A DNA stretch of 64,000 nt from NCBI GenBank assembly GCA_043228905.1, contig JBHGNT010000013.1, positions 12,152,001 through 12,216,000 on the forward strand. Reading direction: 5' to 3'. Both the position numbers and the translations under genes were made by a program. This DNA comes from Azolla caroliniana. Its lineage: Eukaryota; Plantae; Polypodiophyta. Shown here piece after piece: positions 36,381 to 49,966 of this stretch (position 1 is the first letter of the stretch; the number at the start of each line of letters is the position of its first letter). The notes under the pieces were generated by a model that was not told the origin of the DNA, made no database searches, and worked only from the letters and a program-made list of their open reading frames with translations.

Positions 36381-36427
36381 CGGGATGGGTCCAACGTGCA
36401 AAGGCACTGTCCCACAGACGTGCCAAG

Positions 36428-36867
36428 TGTTGTCTGTCGGAATAGTAAACGACGGACAAAAGCGTAGGAATAAGAAACTATATAAGAGCATAACGCATGT
36501 AACGGTTCACGCAGGAAGTGTGAACGGCTAATTAGACCCTACATATATAAAGGGCAGAAAACCTCTTATGGAGGGGCGTGTAATTTTGGGAATGTAAAGA
36601 AACGCCTGATAATAGAATTCTATCTTCTCTTGTTTTCTGTGTATAGTTGCGGCTAATTTAGTGTCGGTGTCTCGGATACTTAAGCGTTGTAGTATGTAAG
36701 TGTAACCCTTGATAGGGATTCGGTTGTAGTCGTCTTCCCTTATACGCGGAGAGGTTACAGGGGTTCTCCCCTTACGCATTACGCTTAAACCCCTGTTCGT
36801 TGTTCCACACCCACCTTGAGGTCTAGGTCAAAGGACTGACCACGGACCGTGTTCCTAAACGGCAACA
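36428..36867 (+). repeat. 3' LTR of B
   Basis: Direct repeat of 4790-5229. Confidence 0.95.
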
Positions 36868-36872
36868 ATGAT

Positions 36873-37592
36873 TCACGGATTCGGATATGTCGGTTGATGC
36901 GAATACCAGTCAGTCTACATCCGGATATGTCATGAATTATGGAGGGGGAGTTGTTTCATGGCAATCGAGGTTGCAGAAGACAATTGCGTTGTCAACCACG
37001 GAGGCGGAGTACATGGCAGTTGTAGAAATCGGCAAGGAGATAATCTGGATGAAGGACTTCATCGGAGAGCTAAGAATCCAATAGGAGGAATACCGGCTCT
37101 ACTGCGACAGTCAAAGTGTCATCCACCTTGCAAAGAACGCGGCCTACCATTCTCGAACAAAACATATCCAACGGAGGTACCACATGATTTGGGTGAGAGT
37201 AGAAGATGAAGAGTTCGTGCTGACGAAGATCCACACAAAGGAGAATGGGTCGGACATGGTGACCAAGGTGCTGACAACCGACAAGTTGGACGCGTGCCGA
37301 AAGCGGATCGGGCTGACAAGACATCCCATGTCGGAGTGAAGGAGGAGATTGTTGGGAAATTGGTCCCTTCGAATGGGATCCGGTGACGAATGAAGAGGAC
37401 CGGGAGAGATCCGGAAACCGGAGGAGACCCGGTGAGAACCGGAAGAGAGACATATCTGTAAATTTGTTTCGAGTAAGCCTATTGAGGCTATATTTGTAAA
37501 TAACCCTAAGTTCATATAAGTATAAATATGACTTAGGCCAATCACTTAATGTGATTTTGTCATATTGTTGTATGTGCATAACTACTGTACAG

Positions 37593-37635
<43 letters not shown>

Positions 37636-37853
37636 CTACGAGCACTCTCTGTTGTAACCGTCGTCTGGCGAAGATTGCGAGCACGACACTTTGTATTTTC
37701 TCTCATATAGTGATAGTTGGAGTCCGTGGGCTCTCGTGGTTTTTTCCCTATTAGGGTTTTCCACGTAAACATCCAGTGTCATTTCTGTGTACTCTCTCGT
37801 TCATTCCTATTTCTGTGATTCAAGACTCGGTTGTGGCCGAGCAATATTCTGCA
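36873..37853 (+). mobile_element. Copia A RNase H end, PPT and 3' LTR (37350-~37853)
   Basis: TDSDMSVDANTS...HPMSE* to 37339, PPT GAAGGAGGAG, LTR TGTTGGG... homologous to the E/F LTRs. Right end approximate. Confidence 0.85.
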
Positions 37854-38126
37854 CTATTCTTCACACAACCAACAAGCTCACCCAAATTCGTTCTAGCCAG
37901 ATTGTCTTTGGTTATTGGCTAGTTCTGTCCAAAGTGGCTATGATTGATTTTGTGCATGCCCGATTTGGACCCGAATTTCCTGGCTGATCACAAGGCCGAC
38001 TTGAATTCGGATGACAATGGATATTGAACCTGCTCTGAGTGGCCACAACCAATTTTGTGCTTAGCTGAATTGAGCACAATGCGAAAAGTGAATAAGTGAA
38101 TAACACTATGTGATGAAATTCACCAA

Positions 38127-38400
38127 GTTGATGATAGAGATTAGCAAAGCAACTTAGCAAAGATCAAGATCAAGACACAATGAGAGACAGAGACAGAGAT
38201 AGAAGTAGAGACAGACAGTTAGTCATAGAGATGCAAAGGCACACAATATGTAATTGTATTATTCAAACGTTGCAATATAATGAATGGCAACAACAACACA
38301 TAAACTAGGTTACAAAGCCAGCTATATATCAACTGAGTTAGGGCAAATGCCAAGGACACCTTATTGAGAGTTTATCCAATTTATCACACGACTAACGGAA
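38127..38400 (-). repeat. Possible old Copia-type LTR remnant
   Basis: GGTTACAAAGCCAGCTATATATCAACTGAGTTAGGGCAA resembles the TATA region of the C LTR, with a GA-rich tract. Ends not defined. Confidence 0.3.
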
Positions 38401-38799
38401 GATTAACTATGTTGTTGATTTCTCATTTTTCTTTCTTGAAACGAGTGCTTAGATTATGGTAATGTCTCATATAGTTAAGTGGTCATTTATTTTTGTAAGT
38501 GTAATCAAGTAGTAGGTTGGGATTGGATTTTGCTTGAAAGTTTATCATTAAAAGCTTGAGGATGGTTGAAACCCACTCTCACTTGTCTCACCAACAAAGC
38601 GACATCATTGTTACATTCTCTCAAATCAACCTCAAGGTGGTTCTCGAGGAGTAGCATCCAAGTAAGAAATAATTATTGATACATGTGAATTGTTCATTAA
38701 ACAAAATAATCTTTATGTTACATGTTGTAAAATTTCACTATGAGTTTTCTCACCTAATAATATCACAATGTACATCATGAATCCTTACGAGGACATGAA

Positions 38800-40740
38800 T
38801 GTGAACTCGTGTAAATCAAGTGAAGTCTAGTAGTAAAAAGCTAATAACATAACATCTTGACCTTTCTTTTGTTGCCTTTAATTCCAATGTAGGTCTTACC
38901 TCAAGTACACAAGCATGTCAATGTGGCCATGTGGAAACAATTCAACCGAGCATTATAGTGGTATACCATAAGTAGTTAGTTGTCTTTATTCTTCATATAG
39001 AATATTACTTCTCTTAAAAGAATATCGGCACTTTACTCACGTCATCCCTTCAAAAGCAAAACTAACATGGAAATAATAGATTCCACATGATTGCTTCATG
39101 TCTATAGACAAGGAGGATATTACCTTCCGTCAATGTTATATGGTATTCATGCAATGGCCTTCAAATCACGAGTGAATATGTGACGAAACAATTGAGGAAC
39201 CACGTAACTTTGTGGCCATTGTTATTCACCAGAGAAAATTTTGATATCCTCCATGTCTTGAATTGTTGTTTCATGAACAAAATGTTGAAGATCCTCAATA
39301 TGTTTTATTCCTGAATGAATACATAACCAACATGGTTGAGTGCCTCAAGATTATGACAAATGTTCCATTCCAACTATGTACACGTGCTTAGATAGTTTTC
39401 TTGCACACTCAAACATGTATAATAATGTTCCAAATCCAAATTCCCTTACATGTTGAGCTACAATTTGTTGTTTCTTTGACTCCCACCATACGCAACATGA
39501 GACAAAAATCCAAATATGTATATATTTAATCGATGCATTGATGAATACTTCTAGTTATTGAGCAATGTTCATTAGCTTATGTATGGGTTTACTCATCATA
39601 TTGACCGTGTTCTCGTTTATGTAATCGTTAAATCCCTTTTAAACATCTCACAAAGGCAAAATAAATATTGTTCAACCATTTGGTTCTATAATAGTCTGAA
39701 CATGGTTACGATTGCACGTTTTAAATTCATAAAGCATATTTAATGCTTACTTCTTTTAAAAAAATTACCAATATCATGTCTCATTGTTTCCGAGCCCCCA
39801 TAAAATAAGTTCTCCAAGACCTTTCATCTTGAATTATGAAGATACTTTGTTTCACGTTTATAATACATGCATTATTTTTTGTGATAATTTAATTATGATG
39901 GAAACCAACAAAACAACAATTTCAACCTCATCTTTATGGATGAGTAAGGACACATCCACAACACATTGCATAAAACTAATATATTCATATCAATTGTTGG
40001 TATTTCCCAACACATAAACCTCGAAAATTGCTTTGAAGGCATTTTCCTGACACCTATATTAGTTGATGAAACAAAGTCGCATATCCTTCATCTCCAAGAT
40101 AAAACAATTGGAATCACAATATTATGTTTACCATGAATAGTCTTTCCAATATCTTAAAACATAAAGTTGTGGCATCCATGTATGTACATATTGTCAAATG
40201 GATCTTAATGTGGTGGGATTGTTTTATGCTTTTTTCAACTCTCCACAAACAATGACTTGCTTTTGTCCTTGAAACTCTCTAGTTGTTCCATGAATGCATA
40301 TTTTCTCAATACACAACATCGAAAAGAATTTCAAGCTACGTCCATTTGAAATACTTTCCAAACTTGTCTAGGAGTGTACGTAAGAATGGTTATGGTAGTA
40401 GATATTTCGTTTGAATTTTAAACAATTCACAAGGATTCACCAATAACTTCAGTATGCATCATGGCATATGTATCATGTTCATTAATGTAAACTGCATAGT
40501 GACACACATATGCACGATACTTACTACACGAATCTATTTCAAGAGGCATGGGTTTAACAAATTCAATGACGTGTCTAATTTTACGTTCTACAACACCATT
40601 TAACCATGGACTAGGGTCACTTCTTTGGCAATGCCGTGCTTTTCAACATTTACTAAACTCAAATGACATGTACTCCTACTTCCATCACGTCTTAAATTGT
40701 AATGCATCTACCATACTGCGTTCCTATTGTCCAATTAATC
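38800..40740 (-). pseudogene. Ancient, highly decayed Copia pol relic
   Basis: Manual minus-strand translation gives integrase-like EYMSFEF...KHGI...LNGVVERKIRHVIE (~40690-40560) and RT-like WKVFQMDV, FMEQLE (~40360-40280). Many frameshifts; boundaries approximate. Confidence 0.5.
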
Positions 40741-43700
40741 TTTGAAAATGCATCACTTATTTTCTTCATAAAAAAATTTCAATCCGTTGCAATGGAATCA
40801 TCATTAACAGTAAATCAGAAGAGCCACATGGATTTGAAACTTGGTAATGGGCACGAAGACCCAAAGCATGTGCACAAGGAGGCTAAAATTCAAGGAGCTT
40901 TGTTGTTTGTTGGTGACACAAATGATGGCTTGTATTTTGAACCAAAAAACCAATAGGTAACTCAACAACGTCGATTGAGCATGCCTTCGGTATTAAACAT
41001 TGTATACTTTTATGTATTTGACACTCTTGATAAGTTTTTTTGTGTTGCAACATTTAAGACCTATTAAAAGTAAGCAACCCAACGAACATTTATGGTAACA
41101 TCGTTGAGTTTACATAACATGTCCTTTTATGCTTATTTTAAACGAATGAAAGGAGCCTTGTTGTTAGACCAAAATTTTAAAGTTTGTAAACATGAAATAT
41201 CCTAACACATTTAGTACATTGATAACAATTTCTCCCCGAATCTTCTCCAATAACAAGCTAATGAGTATTGCTTTGCAAAATGCATTGCTCAATTGCAACA
41301 TTTAAAACTAAAGGTAGGCAGCCCAACGAACATTAATGATGATATCGTTGGGTTTATATAACATGTCCTTTTATACATGTTTTAAATGAATGAAATGAGA
41401 CCCATTGTCTAAATACAATTAAAGTTCATCATGAAGCAACATTCTATGACATTTAGATCATCAACAACATTTTTTCATGAATCTCCTTTAATGGCGGTGC
41501 ATCATCTTCTTAAAGTATACATCATATGTTTTTCAATTGGTTGACCAACTCGTACATGTTCTTATGTTATCCCAAACACGTAATTTCGTTTTCTTTTACC
41601 ATGTTTGCTTTCGCATTTGTAACATAACTTGATGTTTACTTGCGTCAACATATGGCGCCCCTTTACGATAATCTTCTATAATTCTTTTTTCCTTCATACC
41701 ATATCATAGGGTTCAATAAGTTTGGGGAGACTTATAATATGTACATGGGTTTGGATACACTCGTCGATCCTCTAATGGGTACATGTTTAGTAGCATCAAA
41801 CAATGGTACTTTGTGAACTATATTATGGTTCAATTATGTACTTGGTCTTCTTGTCGGTGTTCCACATTAGATTGATGTGATTGAAATTATCTGTTCTAGA
41901 AGTGTTAATACAAATTTGTGAGGTTATCCCATAAAATCTTTGAAATGCAAGTGTAAATCTTGCGCTCGCCAAATTAACCTAAATAACTCAAATCTCAATC
42001 AATGAGTTTGATGTGGTGTTTTTTATTTTAAGTTTGTGTCCTTGGTTTGCGTTGGCTTTTGCATTTTCACATTTCACATGCCCAAAGGTCCAATAACTAT
42101 TCAGGGATTATGTGGCTGGTTAGTGTCCGGTTCGACGTAGAGTAACAAAAAATCCACATCATGACTTGAAATATTGCATAATCCCATTAGAGGAACAATT
42201 TCTAAGCTATTTTTATATAATTAGTATTAGCAAATATGAGTATTTTACACAAGTTTTACTATTAAAGCCAATAACGTTTCTTTTCCGAATCCCAGAGGGG
42301 GGTCTAGTACATATATTGATAACCTAAACTTTGATGAAATTAATGATCTATATTGAGTATCAAGCGTATGCATAGATTAACATTCCCACTAGCAATATAG
42401 GAGACTTTCAAGTTCATGCACAAGTTCTTGTAACCCCTTGGGTAGTAATCGCCATTTCATTGGCTTTTGGGATCTATCGACAACAATACGTGAAATATAT
42501 ATAACATAAAGTAATTTAATCTCCTGAAAAAAAATTGGTCATTGACAATAGGGGAGAATAGCAATATATATCCCTAAGTGTTGAGGAAATTGCATGCCAT
42601 AAGGTTTTCAAGGGTAGATTGCCTATCATAGTCTCACAATGAAGCTAAAGAGATCTATAAATCTAGGATTAACGGACTTTCAAATATCTTCAAGAGGATG
42701 TTTGAGGCCTCTACATATTCTTCCATGTTTTAACCCTTATTTCTTTCTCATCACTCTCTTCAAATGCATCCACGAGGGCCCACAAAAGACAAAACTCCTT
42801 TTGTTGTACCAATCATTGGAGTAAAGTTGCATGTAAAAACTATTATCATTATAGCAACTTAGCAAGCCTCGTAACTTATTGTTACATTGTAAATTAGAGG
42901 CCATTGTTTCTATTGACGATTAAGGTCCAATGACAAATTGCTTCCATCTCATTCCTTTAGAGTGCATGCAATTTGGAAATAGAAAGAGTAGGAATCTTGC
43001 AATGGATGCACTATATGCATGGAATCACAAAGAATAGTGTTTTCCACATATGAGTTGTTTTAGGGAGTTTATTATGTGAAACAATCTATGTAACCTATTC
43101 CAATGAATCTCAATGTCTAAGCATGGCCGTTGTCGAGCACACTTGATCTAAAGGCTCAACATTTTCTGTTGTGGATTAGACAAAACAACATACCTTCCTT
43201 TTTCTTCCAAAAGCAAATATTTCCAAACTTTGGAGAGAATGTTGCCAATGTTCTTGCTACCTTTGAATGTGTTCATATTGCATGTTCTCTAACTTTGATT
43301 TTCCATTGCAAGAGTCTATTCTTTTCAAAGTTTGATGTGGAAGATGTGAACAACACAAAATATTGATATACACATACGATGGGCTATGCCTCAAAAAAAT
43401 CAGTCACATGTATATGTTGGGACCATGATGGTCTTTGGGAACACTCATGGATGATGTCAAATGCACAAAGGGATTTATACACACATATGAAAGATACCAT
43501 TTCAAAAAAAAATCATTTGCACGTAATCTTGGAGGCTACATAATCTCAGAATACCGTTTTCAAAAGTAAATTGGTGTCCAATTGGGTACAATTGCCCAAC
43601 TTTCGTAGATGGAACCCCAAGTGCCATGCATGTGAGCCAAATCAAACCTTTGTCTAGAACCTAAAATATTATTGTTTTTTGCCCTACATGTTGGCCCTAA

Positions 43701-44477
43701 CTAAATAATATATGGCCTCCTTGTTTATTGGAAAACAATGAATATGTATGTTGATGACAATGGCTAACTACTTGTTCAAATGCAATCACATTTGGCAATG
43801 CTCAAGTTAAAATTCCACATGGTCCTAAAGATAACATATTGGCAACTTGTCTGCACATTTGAATTTCACGTGATGCCGTAGATAACATCTAGCAACTTGT
43901 CTGATCTATGTTGAAGGTGACACATAGCCACTTGTTTGAACGAAGTGGAAATGCAAAAAGCTAGTCGAGCGATTTTGTCTGTTTGTTTGTGTTTGGATTC
44001 CGAAGAACAAAAACATACGGCACTTAAGTCGGAGACAATCCTGCGGTCTTAATTTGCATCAAGTCTCTGTGGTCGACCTCAGGCGGTACGAACTGTGATG
44101 GCGACTCGACGATCCCAAGCAAAAGGGCGGGGGGCGGGACGTAAGGGAAGATGATATGTACACGGAAGGAACGTGAAAGGTTATCTCCACAAAAAGCCAG
44201 ACACACAAAAGGGAAGTGTCCGTGTCCAAGTGGGGGCACTAGGCGATGGATGGTCCTTGTCCAAGTTAAAAGGCGAGAAGGGGGTGGGTTGGGGAGACTA
44301 ATCTCGATTCTCTAAGCTCTAATCGTTGGGTTTTGGATGTGGAAAATGATGTGATGGGTTTTGGGAAGGGGGGTGGGGGGGTTCACTCACACGCAAAGTT
44401 CAAATTTAAGAAGGCAAAAAAAAAAACACATACATACAGTTGACGGTAGAATATATGTATGCATAATGGAAGACAGC

Positions 44478-44580
44478 GAGAGAGAGAAAGAGAGAGAGAG
44501 AGAGGTGGTGGATAGTGGGATGGGCATGACGTGTCAGGGCGGGGTTGGACGGTCCAAAGGGTGGCGGCGCCGAAAACGTG

Positions 44581-44619
<39 letters not shown>

Positions 44620-44902
44620 TGAGAAGAAGAAGGACAAAAAGGGGGGCGGGCGGGCGGGGATGACCGTTTGAGAGGCCCAGCTGTTTGGGGTTGTGTGTGT
44701 AAATGGTCCCTCAAATCGAGGGGAATTTCCGAGTCTTATTTACTTATTAAATACGGACGGACGGACGGACGGACGGAGGGGCGGGCGGGCGGAGGTCCGT
44801 GTGTCCGGCCAGGTGTGAACGCGGACATTCCCGCGCCGTATGTATGTATGTTATGTATGTACATATGTAATACTCCGTCGATTGGCTTTCCCGCCTGCCA
44901 CA

Positions 44903-44940
<38 letters not shown>

Positions 44941-45051
44941 CACTTCCCGCACTCTCTCTCTCTCTCTCTCTCTCTCTCTTCATTCCTCCATATCCATAGC
45001 CTACTCAGTAGCTAAGCTTTTTTCTGCAGTAAAAACCAGAAAACCTATAAA

Positions 45052-45093
<42 letters not shown>
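44478..45093. repeat. Microsatellite-rich upstream/5' UTR region: (GA)n, (GGAC)n, (CA)n, (CT)n
   Basis: Tracts at ~44478-44503, 44585-44617, 44753-44776, 44906-44938, 44952-44980 and 45056-45093, upstream of the gene ATG. Confidence 0.85.
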
Positions 45094-45098
<5 letters not shown>

Positions 45099-45477
45099 GT
45101 AGCTTCTTCTTCGCAACAGCAGGACGAAACTAGCTATATCGCCATAGCCAGAAGCTTTACTGCTGCTACTTTACTTACTCCCCTCCATCTCGCTCTTTCA
45201 TAGCTCCCTCCCTCCCTCCCTCCATTTCTAGGCTTATCATTACCGAGGAAGAATTAACATCTCCACCTTCCTCTCTTCTCTTGATTTCACAAACCAGTAC
45301 TTTTTTTTTTTTTCTGTCGGTTGTTTCTCGCCATTGCTGCTGCTTCATCCTGCTGTTGCCTTCATCTACTGCCACCAAAGGCTGCCTTTTCCTTCCTCAC
45401 CTGCTTTGATTCATCTTCTGCTTCGACCGAGCTTCCATTCCACTAATAGTTCTGAGACTGCGCCGCCGAACCGATCG

Positions 45478-46288
45478 ATGGGTTGCATCCACTCTCGCCC
45501 TGGTGGGGAAGACGACGTCGTTCGTCGCTTCAATGCTCGCAAGCGTTTCATGAAGCAAGCTGTCCTTCATCGCCATGCCTTCGCCTCAGCTCACTATGCT
45601 TACCTCCTCGCTCTTCGGAACACCGGCTCTGCCCTCCGCCAGTTTGCAGAGGGAGAAGCTAAAGAAGGCACCAGCCCTCGGAGTGGTCACGGCGGCTCCA
45701 ATCTCCAGCCTCCCCCTCCACCCCCGCTTCTTATGCCTCCTCATTCACTGTCTTCTATCTCCCGCCATAGCCACCGTGCTTCTGCTAGCTTCCATGGTTC
45801 TTCATCTCCTCCACCGAACTCTAACAATCGCTCATTAGATCGCGCAGGAGATCAGAATTGGTCTCCTGGCTCTTCTCCCGATCAGAAGTCGGACACTCCT
45901 CCCCCACCTTCTCCGCCGAAATCGGCTTGGGACATCTTCAATCCATTTCGTCCTACCAGTCCTCCTTTCCAAATAAATGATGGAAGCTCGCATCGCCGAA
46001 ACCGAAGGAATAGGAGGCACCAGGCTAGATCGGGGTATTATAACAATGGTTATGGAGATGACAGTGGTCAAGGTGTTCGAGGTGTAGAAACAGATCAAAG
46101 CACGCTGTCTAAATGGGAGAGCAACAACCGAGATTTCTCTTCTGTTGTAAGGATTGATGGTGTGGAGAAAGATTTGCTCGATATAGTGAAGGACTTAGAC
46201 GAGCAATTTCTTAAAGCTTACACCTGCGGAGCATCTGTTTCGAAGCTCTTGGAGACAAGGAAAGGAAACTTCATGAACGAAGGAAAAG
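45478..46288 (+). CDS. DUF630/DUF632 protein (NRG2/APSR1/REL2 family), exon 1
   Basis: MGCIHSR...RKRFMKQAVLHRHAFASAHYAYLLALRNTGSALRQFAEGE (DUF630), Pro-rich linker, WDIFNPF, start of DUF632. Donor AG|GTGTGA, phase 1. Confidence 0.92.
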
Positions 46289-47023
46289 GTGTGAAAAACG
46301 AAGTTTTTCTTGTTTCCTTTTTTGCTTTACGCCTTTTTTTTCCCTTTCATCGAGTGCATTTTTTATTAATCAACATTATTTCCTACTTTGATCTTATTAC
46401 TATACTTTACCTACGTGCTTTCTTTGCGAAACCTTTATCATGCATCAAGGAATTCATGATTTTCGTCTCGCAGAAACTGTATCCCTTCATGCCTTGGCTC
46501 CTATCACAGTATGTGAGCGTTAAAGTTCCTTTTTTTTCTCTAACAGAAGATATGTGTTGTGGCTAGAAGCTCATGATTTCGTCCGTCAGATTTACCACAT
46601 TTCTCCTCACCTCATAGCTGGTTCACGCAATTTTGTTGATAGTCGAAGTCCTCACGTTTCTAATACGACGAAAAAATTCATTATCTGTGTCAATTGTCTT
46701 CCACATCATTTCATGCCTAATGTCTCAAGGTCTATAAGCGTTAAGCCTTCTATTTATATCACACAATCAATTTGTCACGCAACAAAAATTTCAATATCGT
46801 CTTCTGGAAGAAATGTTTTCGATTATCTGATTGCTAAGTCCACTCGGTCTGTAAGCGTTAAAGCCCTAAATTTGTGAAACACTCTAGATAGAATATTACT
46901 TCTGTTGCCATTGCCTTTTGAATTCTTTCTCTCCCTTCCCAGTGTGTATATTCGTTAAACATGCGTTTTTGTTCTTAAGATCACAACCGCTGCAGAAATA
47001 AGGTTTCTTTTTTTGCTAATTAG

Positions 47024-47196
47024 CTGCGAATGGATTTTCTGGAAATGTGTTCGCTGCAATTACACATTGGGCCAAGAATCCCCTCTCTGGAGGGGACGAT
47101 GTGTACAGTGCAGATGCTGAGTTGCTAATGGGAAGTCACGCCCTAGTTCTTCAAAGGATTTACAGTTGGGAGAAAAAGCTTTTCAACGAAGTAAAG
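47024..47196 (+). CDS. DUF630/DUF632 protein, exon 2
   Basis: Acceptor TAATTAG. Translates ...GSHALVLQRIYSWEKKLFNEVK (DUF632 core). Donor AAG|GTAAAG; phases consistent. Confidence 0.9.
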
Positions 47197-47260
47197 GTAA
47201 AGAGATAATGTATTTTATTATGGTATCATTTGCTGAATCTAAAGAGATGAGGGAATACAG

Positions 47261-47484
47261 GCTGGTGAGGCATTGCGGACTGAACATCAGAAGAAGTCTA
47301 TGCTTTTGCGAAGTCAAGAAGTGAAAGGGGAGGACCCGAATGTGATTGAACGAACTCGGGCTGTGATAAAGAGGCTTCATTCAGAGATTCTAGTGTCTTA
47401 CCAAGGTGTTGAATCAATCACCGCAGCTGTGAAGAAGGCAAGAGATGAAGAGCTTTATCCTCAGTTAATGGAATTGTCTGAAGG
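47261..47484 (+). CDS. DUF630/DUF632 protein, exon 3
   Basis: CAG|GCT acceptor; AGEALRTEHQKK...RDEELYPQLMELSEG. Donor GG|GTAAGT, phase 2. Confidence 0.88.
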
Positions 47485-47931
47485 GTAAGTTTGGTGGTTT
47501 ACTGTACTTCTTTGTATGTGTAGAAGTTGTAAAAGCTGGTCCAATGAAGCTTGTAATTCTGGTTAGGTTATGTAGACGCCTTAGATGTTGCTATGAAGCT
47601 TGTAACTGTAGTTAGGTTATGTAGTTTGGTTCACTATTTAGGATTACTTCAGTATACTTTGGAGGTTCTCTTACCCTGATCCATAAACATCTATGTATAC
47701 CTGCACACCTGGAGTGGCTTGTTCTGTGTGACATATTTTTTTGCACAAAATTGACCACATAGGGGGATTCATGGCTTATATACAGTAAGCTTGTTTGGCT
47801 CTCAACTCCCTTTCATCACATCTTAAAAACATGCGATGGGTAAAAAGAGTGCCTAAACTTGTAATGTTTACAATCAATTGATCCGTGCTATACTCTATTT
47901 TGAAAAATTCGCCTCACGTGTATGTTTGCAG

Positions 47932-48904
47932 ATTAATGTATATGTGGAGAACGATGCATGAGTGTCACGCCTATCAGAAGCGTGTGGTTCTTCACTTCAA
48001 GAGCTTGGATGCTTGGGCTACTAGCCATGATGCCACGACTGATTACCATCATCATGCTGCTGTAGAGCTGGAGAAGGAAATCAGCAACTGGCACGAGTGT
48101 TTCTGTAAACTCATCTCTTCTCACCGTGAATACGTTACTGCCCTAACTGGCTGGTCTCGTTTAAGCATGATGGAAATCGAAGTTCCCGATGACGGAAACA
48201 AAGAGAACGATCATTACATGGTAAATGAAGAAGCGGAGAACTCATCATCTTCTCCGCCTCGGAAGCCACCCGTCCCACCGACTGTGAGCTTATGCGAGGA
48301 GTGGCAGAAGACGCTCGACCGTTTGCCCGACAAAGTGGCCTCAGAGGCGATCAAGAGCTTCTCTGCGGTTGTGCACGCGTTGGTAACGCAGCAGACGGAG
48401 GAGCTGAAGCAGAAGAAGAAGGTGGAGAGGATAACGAAGAGGCTCGAGAAGAAGATAAACGATCTACATGTAGCGGAAAAGAAGGCGGCCGCAGCCGAGG
48501 CGGAGGCGGCCTTGGCCTTGACAAGGGCGGGCGGGGGCGGGAGCCGGAGGTCCGAAGAGGAAACGGGAGAAGACGAGAGCGAGAGTAGTGATTCGGAGAC
48601 CCGTGTGACTGAGGACAACTACTCGGTGGCGAGCCCGAGAGACCCGTTGACGGAACGGAAGGCGGCCGTGGACTTGCTGAAGAGGAAGCTGGAGAACGAG
48701 AGGATGAAGTACGAGAAGTGCGTGCAGGACACTCGGATCCTCACGATGAACAACATGCAGACGGGGCTGCCGGGGGTCTTCGAGGCCGTTACGGGTTTCG
48801 CGGCCGTGTGCGGCCAAGCCTTCCAAGCACTCTACAATGAGGCCTGCAACAGGAACACTGGTGGTGGAGCCAGCAGCACAAGTCAATATGGGCGCCAATA
48901 CTGA
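47932..48904 (+). CDS. DUF630/DUF632 protein, exon 4 (spliced CDS 2181 nt, 726 aa)
   Basis: TTTGCAG acceptor; LMYMWRTMHECH...LCEEW...QTGLPGVFEA; stop TGA at 48902-48904. The four exons sum to an open frame. Confidence 0.92.
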
Positions 48905-49966
48905 AGGAAAAGAGAACCCCAAAAAACAATGAAAAAGATGCTGCCAGGAAAGTAGTGGTACTCATTCTCATATGGAAGAAAAGATTTCTCAATTTCCCCG
49001 GCCGTTTGTATTTTGTTTCTTGTCTTCCCGGTTTTGCCGTACTTTTTTGAAAGGGAGGTGGGGCCTTTGTCTGTACGGCTTTTTTTTTGCTATATGTTTT
49101 CTTTTGAAACAAAAAAAAGAAGAAGAATTTGATTACTATGATTAGTATAGATCTGGGTGCCGATAGGTTCCCATCCAGACCGTACCGACGGAGTGAAATG
49201 TCACATCTTTTAGGTCATCTTTCGATTGACCTTACTACTACTAGTTTTCTTGTTTTAGAACAGCTTTCCAACTCCTTCTTTCATCTTATTTCTTTCAGTA
49301 GTGCTAATGCCGCCTCACGAATTTGTATCTTATATATACATATATATAAATACATATGATTATATGTATCTTCATCTATCTATATTCGTACCCTCCCCAT
49401 AATTGTCTTTTCTTTTGCTTCTTTTTAACGTTTGAAATGGTGCATTGATGCGTTTGACCGAGGCTTGGAAACGTTGTGATAGCTTGGAAATGGTGCTTTT
49501 TTTTACCCATCATTTTCATGTATTCTTTATATATATAGGTTCTCATGTACCTCATGAAATACCTTTTGTTGTAATTGACGTGGTAATTTCTATTGGTTTG
49601 CAAGATATGACGACCGTGGACAAGTAAGTTAGTGGTGTTGGTACCAGCTGGTAGCATTGTAGTGATTGAACAAACAAACATCTTGATATGCCATTTGACA
49701 GGCTATGATTTACCCAACATTTGCAAATTTTACGTGTGATTCGAGTGAACAATTTTCATCATTTGACAGAATTGATGTGATTGTATTTTCTACAATAGAT
49801 GACAAGTGACTGAATGTGGTGTAGGTTGAATACCAGATAGTAGCAGTGTTGTGATTTGAATATCTCGATAAGCCATTTGCCAGGCTATCATTATATCCAT
49901 CATTTGCATGTCTTCTCCTTGTGTAGCTATATTCCCATGTACTTCATGCAGTAGTACTGGTCTATA

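Larger units (their letters stand above)
4790..36867 (+). mobile_element. Ty3/Gypsy non-chromovirus (Phygy/Tat-like) element B, full length, hosting C and D
   Basis: 440-bp LTRs at 4790-5229 and 36428-36867 (about 16 differences by eye). TSD ACGAT/ATGAT. PBS-like TGGCACACCTGG a few nt after the 5' LTR. Domain order gag-PR-RT-RH-IN plus an extra 3' ORF. Host A resumes at FTDSDMSVDA. Confidence 0.92.

Noticed and set aside
41000-44000. AT-rich region with short imperfect repeats (e.g. ~43810-43930)
   Set aside because: Probably decayed TE sequence, but I found no termini, TSD or protein motif that I can support.
44361-45133. Short ORFs upstream of the gene
   Set aside because: Microsatellite translations (ER, SL, HT runs).
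45334-46566. 410-aa single-exon ORF as listed in the track
   Set aside because: It starts at a non-ATG codon in the 5' UTR and runs into intron 1. The family N-terminus is MGC at 45478.
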